64,000 nt of DNA from an uncultured Nitrososphaerota archaeon. Lineage in GTDB: Archaea > Asgardarchaeota > Njordarchaeia > Njordarchaeales > Njordarchaeaceae. Positions 29,550-39,341 of the stretch are shown here, piece after piece. Both the position numbers and the translations under genes were made by a program. A model generated the notes under the pieces. The model was not told where the DNA came from. It worked only from the letters and a program-made list of their open reading frames with translations, and did not search any database. The stretch is from assembly GCA_964518475.1 (NCBI GenBank), contig CAZFGR010000001.1, positions 288,001 to 352,000 of the forward strand, in the 5' to 3' direction. How positions within the stretch are numbered: the stretch's first letter is position 1; each line of letters begins with the position of its first letter.

Positions 29550-29764
29550 GCAGAATTCACCTCTCACTCTTAAAAGAAAAAATACTAACACTAATGCATA
29601 TAAGTTACTCGTCTTCGGGAGATATTTGCTACTCTTCGTTATTTCTCTAGCCCCTACAGCGATAAATACATAGTTCATATCTTTGTTTTATTCTTAATCG
29701 AACTATTGCGTGCAGATAACACAAAGATATATGATACTTGTTGTGCCAGGTTTTAAAATAGGGG

Positions 29765-30880
29765 TTGAGTAAAATGCCAGAAATAAATAAGGATGAAATA
29801 TTCCAGTTACTCAAAATGATATGTGAAACGCCTTCTCCTTCTGGTTATGAAGATTCTGTCAGGGAGATTCTAGTCAAAGAAACAGAGAGATATGCTGACG
29901 AAGTATGGATTGACGCCATGGGAAACCTAATTGCTAAGAAGGCGGGAGAGGGAGAAGGTAAAATAATGATATCAGCGCATATGGATGAGATAGGCCTCAT
30001 GATTAATAGTATCGATAAGAATGGCTTCCTAAGATTTGTGCCCGTTGGAGGTTGGAGCGAGAGAATACTCCCGGCCCAGAGAGTACTGATAAAAACGCTT
30101 GAGGGTAAGATCATTAGAGGAGTCATAGGCGTCAGACCGCCTCATATAGAAAAACCTGAAGAACGCCAAAAGGTTATACCAATGAACTCATTATTTATAG
30201 ATATTGGAGTTTCATCGGAAGAAGAAGCAAAGAAACTTGGGGTAACTGTTGGTTCTATTGCAGTATTAGAACGCACTGTTGAAAAACTGGGAAATCCAGA
30301 TATAGTTACGGGTAGGGCCTTTGACGATAAGATTGGCGTCGTGACTGCTGTTGAGACTCTTAAGGTGCTAGGAAATACAAAAGCAGATGTTTATTTCGTA
30401 TTCACAGTTCAAGAAGAAGTGGGACTAAAAGGGGCTAGAACAGCAGCTTTTGGAATCCATCCGGATGTTGGTATAGCAATAGATGTAACAACAGCAACCG
30501 ATGTTCCAGGAACTCCAGAACATGCTCAGGTTGTAAAATTAGGAAAAGGTCCTGCCATAAAGATTATGGATGGACGCTCAGGCAGTGGGCTTATAGCACA
30601 TCCAGCAGTTCGTGATTTATTGATAAAAGTCGCAAAGGAGGAGAACATACCCTATCAGCTAGAGATCCTCCCGGGCGGTACCACTGATGCTTCAGCTATT
30701 CAGATAACAAGAGAAGGTATTCCAGCAGGTGCTGTTTCGATACCGACACGGTACATACATTCGCCAGTTGAAATTGTGCATTTAGAAGACGTTGTTAATG
30801 CCGTTAAACTCCTCGCGAAAACGATAAGTAGGATAAATCGCGAGTGGATCAATACTGTTCTTAAGCGAAAAATAAAATAA
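29765..30880 (+). CDS. M42 family (TET) aminopeptidase
   Basis: AHMDEIG, AFDDK, QEEVGLKGA, IDVT, GGTTDA, TRYIHS. Confidence 0.95.
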   Translation: MSKMPEINKDEIFQLLKMICETPSPSGYEDSVREILVKETERYADEVWIDAMGNLIAKKAGEGEGKIMISAHMDEIGLMINSIDKNGFLRFVPVGGWSERILPAQRVLIKTLEGKIIRGVIGVRPPHIEKPEERQKVIPMNSLFIDIGVSSEEEAKKLGVTVGSIAVLERTVEKLGNPDIVTGRAFDDKIGVVTAVETLKVLGNTKADVYFVFTVQEEVGLKGARTAAFGIHPDVGIAIDVTTATDVPGTPEHAQVVKLGKGPAIKIMDGRSGSGLIAHPAVRDLLIKVAKEENIPYQLEILPGGTTDASAIQITREGIPAGAVSIPTRYIHSPVEIVHLEDVVNAVKLLAKTISRINREWINTVLKRKIK

Positions 30881-31056
30881 ATAGCCCTGTTCTTTCCTCA
30901 ATTTTCTTCCATAACTAATTTTTCTCCAAAGCGAGTTGTAATTTCTCACCCGCAGAATATTAGGTAGCAACTATTCGTCACTATAAACATTTCTTCTATG
31001 ATCAGTTGTTAATGCTAGTGTTGAATAAATCTAAAATTCTACAACCGGGGGAAAAA

Positions 31057-31644
31057 ATGCCACTAAGATGGATAGGAAAACACCTAATGATTAAAAGCAA
31101 GTTCACTAAGGATATCCTGACAGGCAAGAAAAAAGCGACAATTAGGCTAGGACGAGTAAAGGTTCGTTCTAACGAGTTTCTAATTCACTCTGGAGGAAGA
31201 ATAATTGCGCGCGCCAGACTTAAAGACGTCAAATACAAAAAAGTTAGTGAATTATCCGACGAAGACGCAAAACTAGATGGTCTAAGTTCGAGGGAAGAAC
31301 TAATCGATGAATTAAGAAACTACTATGGGGATTTAAAAGATGATGATATTGTAACGATCATAGAGTTTGAAATTATGGAAGTCCTTAACGAACCAGAAGA
31401 AAAATACATTGCTGGAATTCCACCATATAAAATCGCCCAATTGGCTTTACAACACTTAAAATTATCCGATAAAGAAGAACTCATACTGCGAACACTTGCA
31501 TCAACAAGAAGCATCAGAAAGACCGCTAAAAAAATGTTTGGAAAACTCTCCATGCGATGGAAGGTACGGAGCGTGGTAAGAAAAGCAGCAAGACAGTTAT
31601 TAGAGGCAGGTATTATAGGTGAAGAACAAGAAAAAGGCTCTTAA
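31057..31644 (+). CDS. ASCH-domain protein with C-terminal HTH-like region
   Basis: ILTGKKKATIRLG, DAKLDG; SIRKTAKKMFG. Confidence 0.85.
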   Translation: MPLRWIGKHLMIKSKFTKDILTGKKKATIRLGRVKVRSNEFLIHSGGRIIARARLKDVKYKKVSELSDEDAKLDGLSSREELIDELRNYYGDLKDDDIVTIIEFEIMEVLNEPEEKYIAGIPPYKIAQLALQHLKLSDKEELILRTLASTRSIRKTAKKMFGKLSMRWKVRSVVRKAARQLLEAGIIGEEQEKGS

Positions 31645-31778
31645 AATTCTCTGAGAAAAGACCTGGCCATGAAAACTTGTTTTTGACGCTTATATTGCAT
31701 ATTGGAAGACCTATTCATACATGTAAAACGAGCCTAGTTTTTGATATAGGGATTCTATAACTATAAGATCATTAAAGA

Positions 31779-32603
31779 GTGGTGATTATTATGGAAAAGC
31801 CAATTATTGCATTACTAACCGATTTTGGATACTCAGATGGGTACGTTGGGGCAATGAAAGGCGTCATTCTATCCATTAACCCAGAAGCTATAATAGTTGA
31901 CTTAGCTCATAACCTTCCTAAATTCAACATAAGATACGCTGCATTTGTCTTATATTCGACTTTTGATTATTTTCCGCTAAACACTATTTTTGTAGGTGTG
32001 ATAGACCCAGGTGTAGGCACCGCTAGAGAACCAATTATTATGAGAACCAAAAGATATTTCTTTGTCGGTCCTAACAATGGACTTTTTAGTTTAGTTCTTG
32101 AGAAAGAAGAGTTGATTGAAGTAAGAAAAATTGAGAATCCAAAATACATGTTACCAAAAGTATCCACAACATTTCACGGCCGGGATATTTTTGCACCAGC
32201 TGCTGCTTATCTATCTAAAGGAGTTCCAGTAGAGAGTTTTGGATCTCTTCTCCCTTCTGACGCATTTATAAGGATTCCCTATAAGGTGGCAACTATTGAT
32301 GAGCAAAATCATACATACATTGGAGAAATTTTAGCAATAGACAGTTTCGGTAATGTAATAACTAATATCCCTGGAGACGCTTTTCTTAGAAATGAAAAGT
32401 ATTCCTCCAAATTCATTATCGAGATTCGTGGACATAAGCATGTTACAAGATTCGTTAAGACTTATGGTGAGGGCTCGAAAGGAGAGCTAATACTACTGAT
32501 TGGGAGCCATGATTTTGTAGAGATAGCAATCAATCAAGGCTCAGCTAAAGATAGAATTCGGGCAAACGAAGGTAATGAAATAATTATCACGCGGATAGAA
32601 TAG
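31779..32603 (+). CDS. SAM hydroxide adenosyltransferase (DUF62, chlorinase/fluorinase family)
   Basis: LLTDFG, VIDPGVGT.R, GPNNG, STTFHGRDIFAP, IDSFGN. Confidence 0.93.
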   Translation: MVIIMEKPIIALLTDFGYSDGYVGAMKGVILSINPEAIIVDLAHNLPKFNIRYAAFVLYSTFDYFPLNTIFVGVIDPGVGTAREPIIMRTKRYFFVGPNNGLFSLVLEKEELIEVRKIENPKYMLPKVSTTFHGRDIFAPAAAYLSKGVPVESFGSLLPSDAFIRIPYKVATIDEQNHTYIGEILAIDSFGNVITNIPGDAFLRNEKYSSKFIIEIRGHKHVTRFVKTYGEGSKGELILLIGSHDFVEIAINQGSAKDRIRANEGNEIIITRIE

Positions 32604-32618
32604 CTTACTCTTTAGCTC

Positions 32619-33509
32619 TTATTCTTCTTTTTCGAGATCTTTTATACTTGCGCCTCTCGATAATTTAATGAGTATATCTCTCATTTTGATAGCATCTTGT
32701 TCTAATACAGGGGACTCCGATATTATCACAACTTTACTAGATTCTAACTCAAGCAGAATCTGTGCAAGAGGAATGAATTTTGGTCCCATACCTTCTCCAA
32801 ATGCTCTGTGGCATCTCTCTCCTTTATCCGTAAATTCGACTTTTGTAAAATGTATATGTAATCGCCTTAATGCTTTAGCTCCAAGCTCTGTTTCGATTTT
32901 TTCAAAGATTTTCTCATAGTCTCTTCTAGTATTAAGTGTTCCCCCCTCCCTAGCATGTATGTGAGCAAAGTCTAGAACTGGAATTGCCTTCTTTACTTCT
33001 TTCACAATTTCGATAATTTCATCCAGACTTCCCACTTGAGATTTTTTCCCCATAGTTTCGGGTCCAATAAGAGGCCTTAATCGTTTTTTCCGCGCAGCTC
33101 TCTCTACGTCTTTTAGAGCCTCAATTACAAGATCTAGAGCCTCCTTAGGCTTTCTTTTACCATAGTAACCAGGGTGTAATACAACAACCTCCGCATCCAT
33201 CCAATGTGCTACCTCTAGAGCCCTCAATAGCCTCTCTTTAGATGCTTCAATTACATTTTCCTTCTCTGAACTAAAGTTTATTGCGTATGGGGCATGGAGC
33301 GATAATACGATATCGTTCTTCTTTGCTTCCTCTTTTAACATGCTAGCTTTTTCTTTTGTAATATTTATTTGCCGAACCTGTTGCACCTCCAGAGCGTTTA
33401 GTCCCATTTCTCTTAGTGCCTCTGGTACTTTTGTTAGATCTCCAGTAAAGCCTATGGGCTTCCCCGCAGGTCCAAATCGTATTCGCCATAGAAGATTCGA
33501 AATTCTCAT
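32619..33509 (-). CDS. nfo: Endonuclease IV (AP endonuclease 2 family)
   Basis: RFGPAG, SLHAPY.IN, HPG, ETMGK, DFAHIHAR, HIHF, ISESP. Confidence 0.9.
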   Translation of the reverse strand: MRISNLLWRIRFGPAGKPIGFTGDLTKVPEALREMGLNALEVQQVRQINITKEKASMLKEEAKKNDIVLSLHAPYAINFSSEKENVIEASKERLLRALEVAHWMDAEVVVLHPGYYGKRKPKEALDLVIEALKDVERAARKKRLRPLIGPETMGKKSQVGSLDEIIEIVKEVKKAIPVLDFAHIHAREGGTLNTRRDYEKIFEKIETELGAKALRRLHIHFTKVEFTDKGERCHRAFGEGMGPKFIPLAQILLELESSKVVIISESPVLEQDAIKMRDILIKLSRGASIKDLEKEE

Positions 33510-33679
33510 TTTTAACGCCTTTAAATTGTTCTGAAAACCAAAGCATTATCTATAATTTCGATCTTAGCGTTTAACTATATGTACATGATTATTTTTGAAG
33601 GGACTATATTCTAGATTGACGCAGCTACGATTCTATTTATAATTATATTCATTTTTAATGACAAAACTTATGTATTCAT

Positions 33680-34765
33680 ATGTATTCATACAGTGGTACT
33701 ATGAGAGGAGGCACTTGTAAAATGCAAAATGCTGATTTAGACAATGTAAAAAACGTGCTTATTGCTTCATCATTAACAATTTTATCAGTTCTACTATTGT
33801 TAGTGGGAGTTAACATAATTTACAACTTTCAATTTTCCCCAAATATTCTGAGAAATACATTCGCACTTAGTATATTACGATTAGGCCTGGGTGTCTTACT
33901 GATAAGTTTAGTAGTTTTAGCGTTAGGTTTAATAACAGGTGCGTTGGAAAATTATCAACTTGCCTTAAAGATTGGAACAATTTTTATTACCCTAGTAGGG
34001 ATAGGCAATTTCCTCACTTGGCTATCAGAGAATCTGTCTTCCATTTCATCACCGTCACTACAGTTGTTACCGATAGCTAGTTGCATAGCTATTGTTGCGG
34101 CAGGGATTTATGGTCTAAAACATTCGGGGACAGTTTCAGAATCCAAACTGAAGCCAACAATTGCGGTGCTCTCTCTTATTTTTGTAGCAATGCTTATTGA
34201 AGCCTCTTATAGATATCTACAATCAGCCCCTCCAATAAATGACTTTGTTAGTATAATCTACTATTTCAGTACCAAATTATTCGAGACTAGTATAACAAAT
34301 ATTCTCTACATTCCCTTTGGTGGATTTCTAGCATTTTTTAGCCTAATTTTCGGTTTGCTAGGTTTTATAGTTGCTCAGCGAAAAAGCGGTTTGAGCCACA
34401 GTATAGTAGCAAAAGTATTTCTAGCGTTCTCTTCCATACTCGTGATTACTGGCGCACTTCTTTCAACGGTTATTAACGTTCCAGAATTAATAAGCAAAGT
34501 GCTCGTGGATATTATTGGGGTGGTGAATTACGATTCAAATTTGATGAAAATATTTTTATCAATAATCCTTGCCACGGATTTCTTATTGTTAATAGTTTCT
34601 ATAAGCTGGACGTTCCTAATCCACTATAAAGTAACTCCGCTAGTAAGGGAAGCACCTACGCTGGAAGAAACCATTGAAGAGACGGCTATTTCGGAGGAAA
34701 TATCAGAAGAAAAAGAAGAGGAAATATCGCTTGAGAATCTAGAAGACTTCGAACTGAAGATTTAA
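33680..34765 (+). CDS. Polytopic membrane protein with acidic C-terminal tail
   Basis: About 8 hydrophobic segments; tail EETIEETAISEEISEEKEEE. Confidence 0.75.
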   Translation: MYSYSGTMRGGTCKMQNADLDNVKNVLIASSLTILSVLLLLVGVNIIYNFQFSPNILRNTFALSILRLGLGVLLISLVVLALGLITGALENYQLALKIGTIFITLVGIGNFLTWLSENLSSISSPSLQLLPIASCIAIVAAGIYGLKHSGTVSESKLKPTIAVLSLIFVAMLIEASYRYLQSAPPINDFVSIIYYFSTKLFETSITNILYIPFGGFLAFFSLIFGLLGFIVAQRKSGLSHSIVAKVFLAFSSILVITGALLSTVINVPELISKVLVDIIGVVNYDSNLMKIFLSIILATDFLLLIVSISWTFLIHYKVTPLVREAPTLEETIEETAISEEISEEKEEEISLENLEDFELKI

Positions 34766-34791
34766 TATACATTCGAAATCAATAAGTAGTC

Positions 34792-35250
34792 ATGAGGCTA
34801 GGAAAGTTGGGTGGTACGTTGATATTTATCGAGACAGAAAAGGATCATTATTCAAAATTTTTCTTGATAAAAGGGAATAAAAAAGAAATAAACAAATTAT
34901 TAAAGGCAGTGAAAGCGATTTTCAAAGAGCCCTCTACAGAAAAGTTTCTTACTCAGATAAACAATCTCTTTGAAGAACTAAAAAATAAATGCATAAAAGA
35001 TGTAGAGAAATTCCCCTTTATATCCGCGAATCCTATAGGAGAAGCAAAAGCTATTGTACTCAACTACAATAGACTTCCCGAGAATTTATACGCTATAACA
35101 ATTTCTAAACGCGTATGGCAAAATCCTAAAGATCCTAGTGAGAAACAAATATCTATTGAAACCCAAGTAATAGATCATAGGGGTATTCTTACGTCTTTTC
35201 AGCGTGTATTAATTATGAAAGGTAATGTCTTATTTGATGCAAAATTTTAG
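34792..35250 (+). CDS. Hypothetical protein
   Basis: 152-aa ORF, typical composition. Confidence 0.65.
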   Translation: MRLGKLGGTLIFIETEKDHYSKFFLIKGNKKEINKLLKAVKAIFKEPSTEKFLTQINNLFEELKNKCIKDVEKFPFISANPIGEAKAIVLNYNRLPENLYAITISKRVWQNPKDPSEKQISIETQVIDHRGILTSFQRVLIMKGNVLFDAKF

Positions 35251-35253
35251 CTC

Positions 35254-35763
35254 CTATCTTTTTTCTTCAAAGATTTCTTCTAAGAATTTATATACCCCGT
35301 CCCAAGCTTCCTCTAAATTTTTCCCAACAATTATTGCATCTAGATTTTTATATCTTGATTTCTTTATTGGGTCGGGTTCTTCATCGATACCAGCAAAAGC
35401 TGTAAGAACTCCAGGAAATAGTCTTTTGAAAATCTTAGCCGCTTCTTCAGCATCATCAATAGTTGATCTTTTAGCATTACCATCAACGAAGAAAATTACA
35501 AAAGGTTTTTCTCGAGGCGATGCTCGCTTATAGATCACTACCCCTACACGCTCTAACGCTCTTTTAAGAACGTTTCTTTTAATTCCGGAAGTATCTAATA
35601 ATCCTCCTTCAATCCAGGATCTTAGTATTTTTCCCCTATCCACTTTATACGCTCCTAGGAGCTTCACATCTTGTTGAAGGAACTCTTCTTTGAATCCATA
35701 CATTATCTCTTTCTCTAAATCATTCCTAATCGATTCCTTAGGCTTCTTCTTCAAATCTAACAC
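35254..35763 (-). CDS. Hypothetical protein
   Basis: 169-aa ORF in apparent operon with nnr. Confidence 0.65.
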   Translation of the reverse strand: MLDLKKKPKESIRNDLEKEIMYGFKEEFLQQDVKLLGAYKVDRGKILRSWIEGGLLDTSGIKRNVLKRALERVGVVIYKRASPREKPFVIFFVDGNAKRSTIDDAEEAAKIFKRLFPGVLTAFAGIDEEPDPIKKSRYKNLDAIIVGKNLEEAWDGVYKFLEEIFEEKR

Positions 35764-35770
35764 CCACGTA

Positions 35771-36094
35771 TTAGGGAATATTCTTCCTCAATAACACTTT
35801 TCCTTTACATAAGACATTGATAACTTTTATTTTTTCTGGGATCCCTGTGATCCTTATCTCAAACTTTTTAACCGCTATACACTGAACACAAATCTCCCCG
35901 GAATACTCTAATTTTATTTTGATATCAAGGCAATCGTTTATTACTTCATAGCTAACTAAAACCTTATAGCATGGATTAGGTAAGTTGATTATCCCTTGTA
36001 AGATTGTTTCTCTTCTATTAATTGATACAGCGTCGATTTTTTCCTCCACGACATTTCCACAAAATGTTTTCTCCTCAATGACGTTTATTTTCAT
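35771..36094 (-). CDS. Small beta-rich hypothetical protein (PNPCY, ICVQC)
   Basis: Overlaps the nnr stop (ATGA coupling). Confidence 0.6.
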   Translation of the reverse strand: MKINVIEEKTFCGNVVEEKIDAVSINRRETILQGIINLPNPCYKVLVSYEVINDCLDIKIKLEYSGEICVQCIAVKKFEIRITGIPEKIKVINVLCKGKVLLRKNIP

Positions 36095-37629
36095 GACTCA
36101 GTAAACCTCCTCACGAAACTTAGCGCTTTTGGAACGTTTTCTATTACATCAGTTGCAAGCAATTCATAACCTTTTTCTTTGTACGCAAAATCACCAGCAA
36201 GTCCAGTAATAAAAGTTCCAGCAACCGCTGATCTAAACAAATCCTCAGAGATAGCACAAAACGCGGCTATAACTCCCGCCAGCACATCACCCGTCCCACC
36301 AACAGTCATTCCTGGATTACCCGTTAGGTTATACTTGATCCTCTCCCCATCAGACACTATATCTATTCTCCCCTTTAATACGATTACCGACTTTACCTCC
36401 CTAGCTTTCCTCTTGACAATTTCTCCTCGCTCTTTCAGTTCTGTAGGAACTTCTTCATTAAATAATAGGTAAAATTCTCTAGCATGCGGAGTAAGAATCT
36501 TCTTTCCACCTTCCGGTAAACCTTTTCTAGCCGCGCTTTTAAGCGCATCTGCATCAATTATTAACGGTTTCTCCATGTCACAAAAAATCCTTATCAATTC
36601 TCCTGCCGCGTCCAAACTTTCTTCAGTTAGTCCTATTCCCGGCCCTATAAGTATTACATCAAATTTTTCAATAAATCCTGGATCCGCGAGCTCCTTTATG
36701 TGATCATGACTAAGGTACTTGCCAGGCAGGCTTTTCACTATTAAATTTGGTGAAAAACTTCTTATTATGTTTCCGACAGCTTCTGGTGCAGCTATTACTA
36801 CTAGGTCAGCTCCAGCTCTGAGAGATGCTAATCCAGCTAAAGCAGGAGCTCCCGAAAAATCTTTACTTCCTCCAATTATCAAAATTCTTCCAAAATCTCC
36901 TTTATGACTCCACTCATCTCTCCTAACAAGTTTTCTTATGGCCAGTACATCTCCGGGCCCGGCGAATTCTTCTGCTTCCGGGGGTATTCCTATCTTTTTG
37001 ACTACGACCTCTCCTCCAACTCCCTTTTCAAGTCCCTTTTTAGAGCTATGAAAAGTTATTGTAATATCTGAATGAACAATGGGACCAACAGCTTTACCAA
37101 TATAGCAATCTAAACCGCTTGGAACATCAATAGAGATTACCAGAATATTCTTTCTTTCCTTGATCTCATTTATTAGAAAGATCGCTTTCCTAGGTAGTCC
37201 TCTTACTTGTCCTCTCAAACCCACACCTAATATAGCGTCAACTATTATTTCAGCGTTTTCCAGATATTCCTTAATGTTCAATAACTCTTCGGAATCTCTT
37301 ACTTCGATAAGTTTAACTGAGAGAGCTAGATTCTTGACAATTTCTGCATTCTCCCTAGCGGCTGAGCTCTTAATCCATTCTATTCGTCCAAGGAGGATCA
37401 CTGTAACATCATACCCGTAACCAGCAAGATGTCTAGCGGCTACGAAACCGTCGCCTCCGTTGTTTCCGAGTCCAGCTACGATCACTATTCGTTTTTTTGA
37501 TGGAAATTTATTCCATATGAAGTCTGCTACTGCTTTTCCAGCATTTTCCATTAATAGTCTAGTGTCAATGCCTAAGAACTTGGAGTTAATATCTAGTGCG
37601 TATACGTCTTCCGGTCTTAATAACTTCAT
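36091..37629 (-). CDS. nnr: Bifunctional NAD(P)H-hydrate epimerase/dehydratase (NnrE-NnrD)
   Basis: LMENAG, GNNGGDG, IDVPSG, HKGDFG, DADAL, TPHAREF, GGTGDVLAG. Confidence 0.95.
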   Translation of the reverse strand: MKLLRPEDVYALDINSKFLGIDTRLLMENAGKAVADFIWNKFPSKKRIVIVAGLGNNGGDGFVAARHLAGYGYDVTVILLGRIEWIKSSAARENAEIVKNLALSVKLIEVRDSEELLNIKEYLENAEIIVDAILGVGLRGQVRGLPRKAIFLINEIKERKNILVISIDVPSGLDCYIGKAVGPIVHSDITITFHSSKKGLEKGVGGEVVVKKIGIPPEAEEFAGPGDVLAIRKLVRRDEWSHKGDFGRILIIGGSKDFSGAPALAGLASLRAGADLVVIAAPEAVGNIIRSFSPNLIVKSLPGKYLSHDHIKELADPGFIEKFDVILIGPGIGLTEESLDAAGELIRIFCDMEKPLIIDADALKSAARKGLPEGGKKILTPHAREFYLLFNEEVPTELKERGEIVKRKAREVKSVIVLKGRIDIVSDGERIKYNLTGNPGMTVGGTGDVLAGVIAAFCAISEDLFRSAVAGTFITGLAGDFAYKEKGYELLATDVIENVPKALSFVRRFTES

Positions 37630-37690
37630 TGCAGTAACCTTAGCTAACTTTTTATATTACTCCCAGTACTGAGCTTATTTTAGTTTAGGG

Positions 37691-37745
37691 ATGATGATGC
37701 GAACAGCCGGCGAAGCACATAAATGAGCGGAATGATTTTCACTGA
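37691..37745 (+). ncRNA. Box C/D sRNA D (23S A-loop, Um2552 equivalent)
   Basis: ATGATGA-TGCGAACAGCCG-GCGA-AGCACATAA-ATGAGCG-GAATGATTTTCA-CTGA, flanked by AGG/CCT stem; guide antisense to GGCUGUUCGC. Confidence 0.8.
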
Positions 37746-37841
37746 CCTCTGCGTATGAACACTATAAATATATCAGAAGATTCTATGTAGAATTTGAACA
37801 CCACCTCTTTTCTCTTAAGAAACCCGACAAGGTGAGGAGAT

Positions 37842-39188
37842 TTGTCTAGCAAAGCAAGAAGAAAAGTAATCATAATGGGTGCTGCTGGCAGAGACTTCCA
37901 TAACTTCAACGTATTTTTTAGAAATAATCCTGACTATGAAGTTGTAGCCTTTACAGCTGCTCAAATACCTGGGATAACGGGACGTAAATATCCTCCCGAG
38001 CTGGCAGGCCCACTGTATCCAGAGGGAATTCCTATTTATCCAGAGGAGGAACTACCAGAGCTTATAAAAAAGTATAATGTAGATCTCGTAGTTTTCTCGT
38101 ATAGTGATGTCTCTCATCAGTATATTATGGAGAGAGCAGCTATTGCTCAAGCTAATGGCGCGAGTTTTATGTTATTAGGTCCAAAGGATACAATGTTAGA
38201 AGCAGAGGTTCCTGTTATTGCTGTTGGAGCCATAAGAACGGGTTGTGGAAAATCTACAGTAAGTAGGAAAATTGCACGGATTCTTAAAGAAAAAGGCCTA
38301 AAGGTAGTGGCTGTCAGGCATCCAATGCCTTATGGAGATCTAAGAGAACAAATCATACAACGATTCGCAACATTTGAGGATCTAGATCGCTACAACGTCA
38401 CTTTCGAAGAGAGAGAAGAGTATGAGCATTATATAGAAAACGGTTTCGTTGTCTATGCTGGTGTTGATTATGAGAAAATCCTTCAGGAGGCACAGAAGGA
38501 AGCAGATATTATACTCTGGGACGGAGGTAACAATGACTTTCCTTTCTATCGTCCAGACCTATTCATAGTGGTGGCTGATGCTTTGAGACCTGGCCATGAA
38601 TTAACTTACTGGCCGGGATCTGTTAATATTAGAATGGCTGACGTCGTAATAATAAATAAAGTGGTTGAAGCAGATTTAAAGGCTGTTAAGCAAGTTGAAG
38701 AGAACGTCAGAAAGGTGAACCCCGAAGCAAGAATCATCCTAGGGGCATCCGCGCTTTTCGTGGAAAAACCAGAATTAGTTAGCGGCAAACGAGTTATTGT
38801 TGTAGAGGATGGCCCTACCGTATTGCATGGTGAAATGCCGTATGGCGCTGGATATGTAGCTGCTCTTAGATATGGTGCTAAAGAAATCATTGATCCTAGA
38901 AAATATGTTAAACCAGGAACTGATCTTGCCAAGGCCTACAAAGAGTATCCCCATATGGGTCCCGTATTGCCTACTCTCGGATATACGGAGAAGGAGAAAA
39001 AGGAATTAGAAGAAGTAATTAATGCTATAGATGCTGATACTGTCGTAAGCGGTACTCCCATAGATCTGTCTAGAGTATTAAAAGTGAATAAGCCAATTGT
39101 AAGAGTTCGTTACGAATTAGTAGAAGTAGGCAGACCTACACTAGGACAAATAATTGATGAATTCCTAGAAAAGCATGGTCTTAGATAA
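37842..39188 (+). CDS. cDPGS-like P-loop protein; probable arginine synthetase (ArcE) family
   Basis: MGAAGRDFHNFN, RTGCGKS, RHPMPYG, EEREEYE, WDGGNND, VEDGPT. Confidence 0.75.
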   Translation: MSSKARRKVIIMGAAGRDFHNFNVFFRNNPDYEVVAFTAAQIPGITGRKYPPELAGPLYPEGIPIYPEEELPELIKKYNVDLVVFSYSDVSHQYIMERAAIAQANGASFMLLGPKDTMLEAEVPVIAVGAIRTGCGKSTVSRKIARILKEKGLKVVAVRHPMPYGDLREQIIQRFATFEDLDRYNVTFEEREEYEHYIENGFVVYAGVDYEKILQEAQKEADIILWDGGNNDFPFYRPDLFIVVADALRPGHELTYWPGSVNIRMADVVIINKVVEADLKAVKQVEENVRKVNPEARIILGASALFVEKPELVSGKRVIVVEDGPTVLHGEMPYGAGYVAALRYGAKEIIDPRKYVKPGTDLAKAYKEYPHMGPVLPTLGYTEKEKKELEEVINAIDADTVVSGTPIDLSRVLKVNKPIVRVRYELVEVGRPTLGQIIDEFLEKHGLR

Positions 39189-39341
39189 GCAACAGAATCT
39201 CTATTTTATGCTACCTTTGTAACTCTTTTTCTAACATTCTTTTTCTTCATTACGTGTAACGATACTTTCTAGAGTTTCGTTCCAGTGAGAGATAGCTAAT
39301 TTTTATTTACCAAAACATTGGAATATCAAAAGAAATTAGAA

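Noticed and set aside
39206-39250. 14-aa basic ORF MKKKNVRKRVTKVA on the minus strand
   Set aside because: No SD; coincides with the T-rich terminator-like region of the upstream + strand gene
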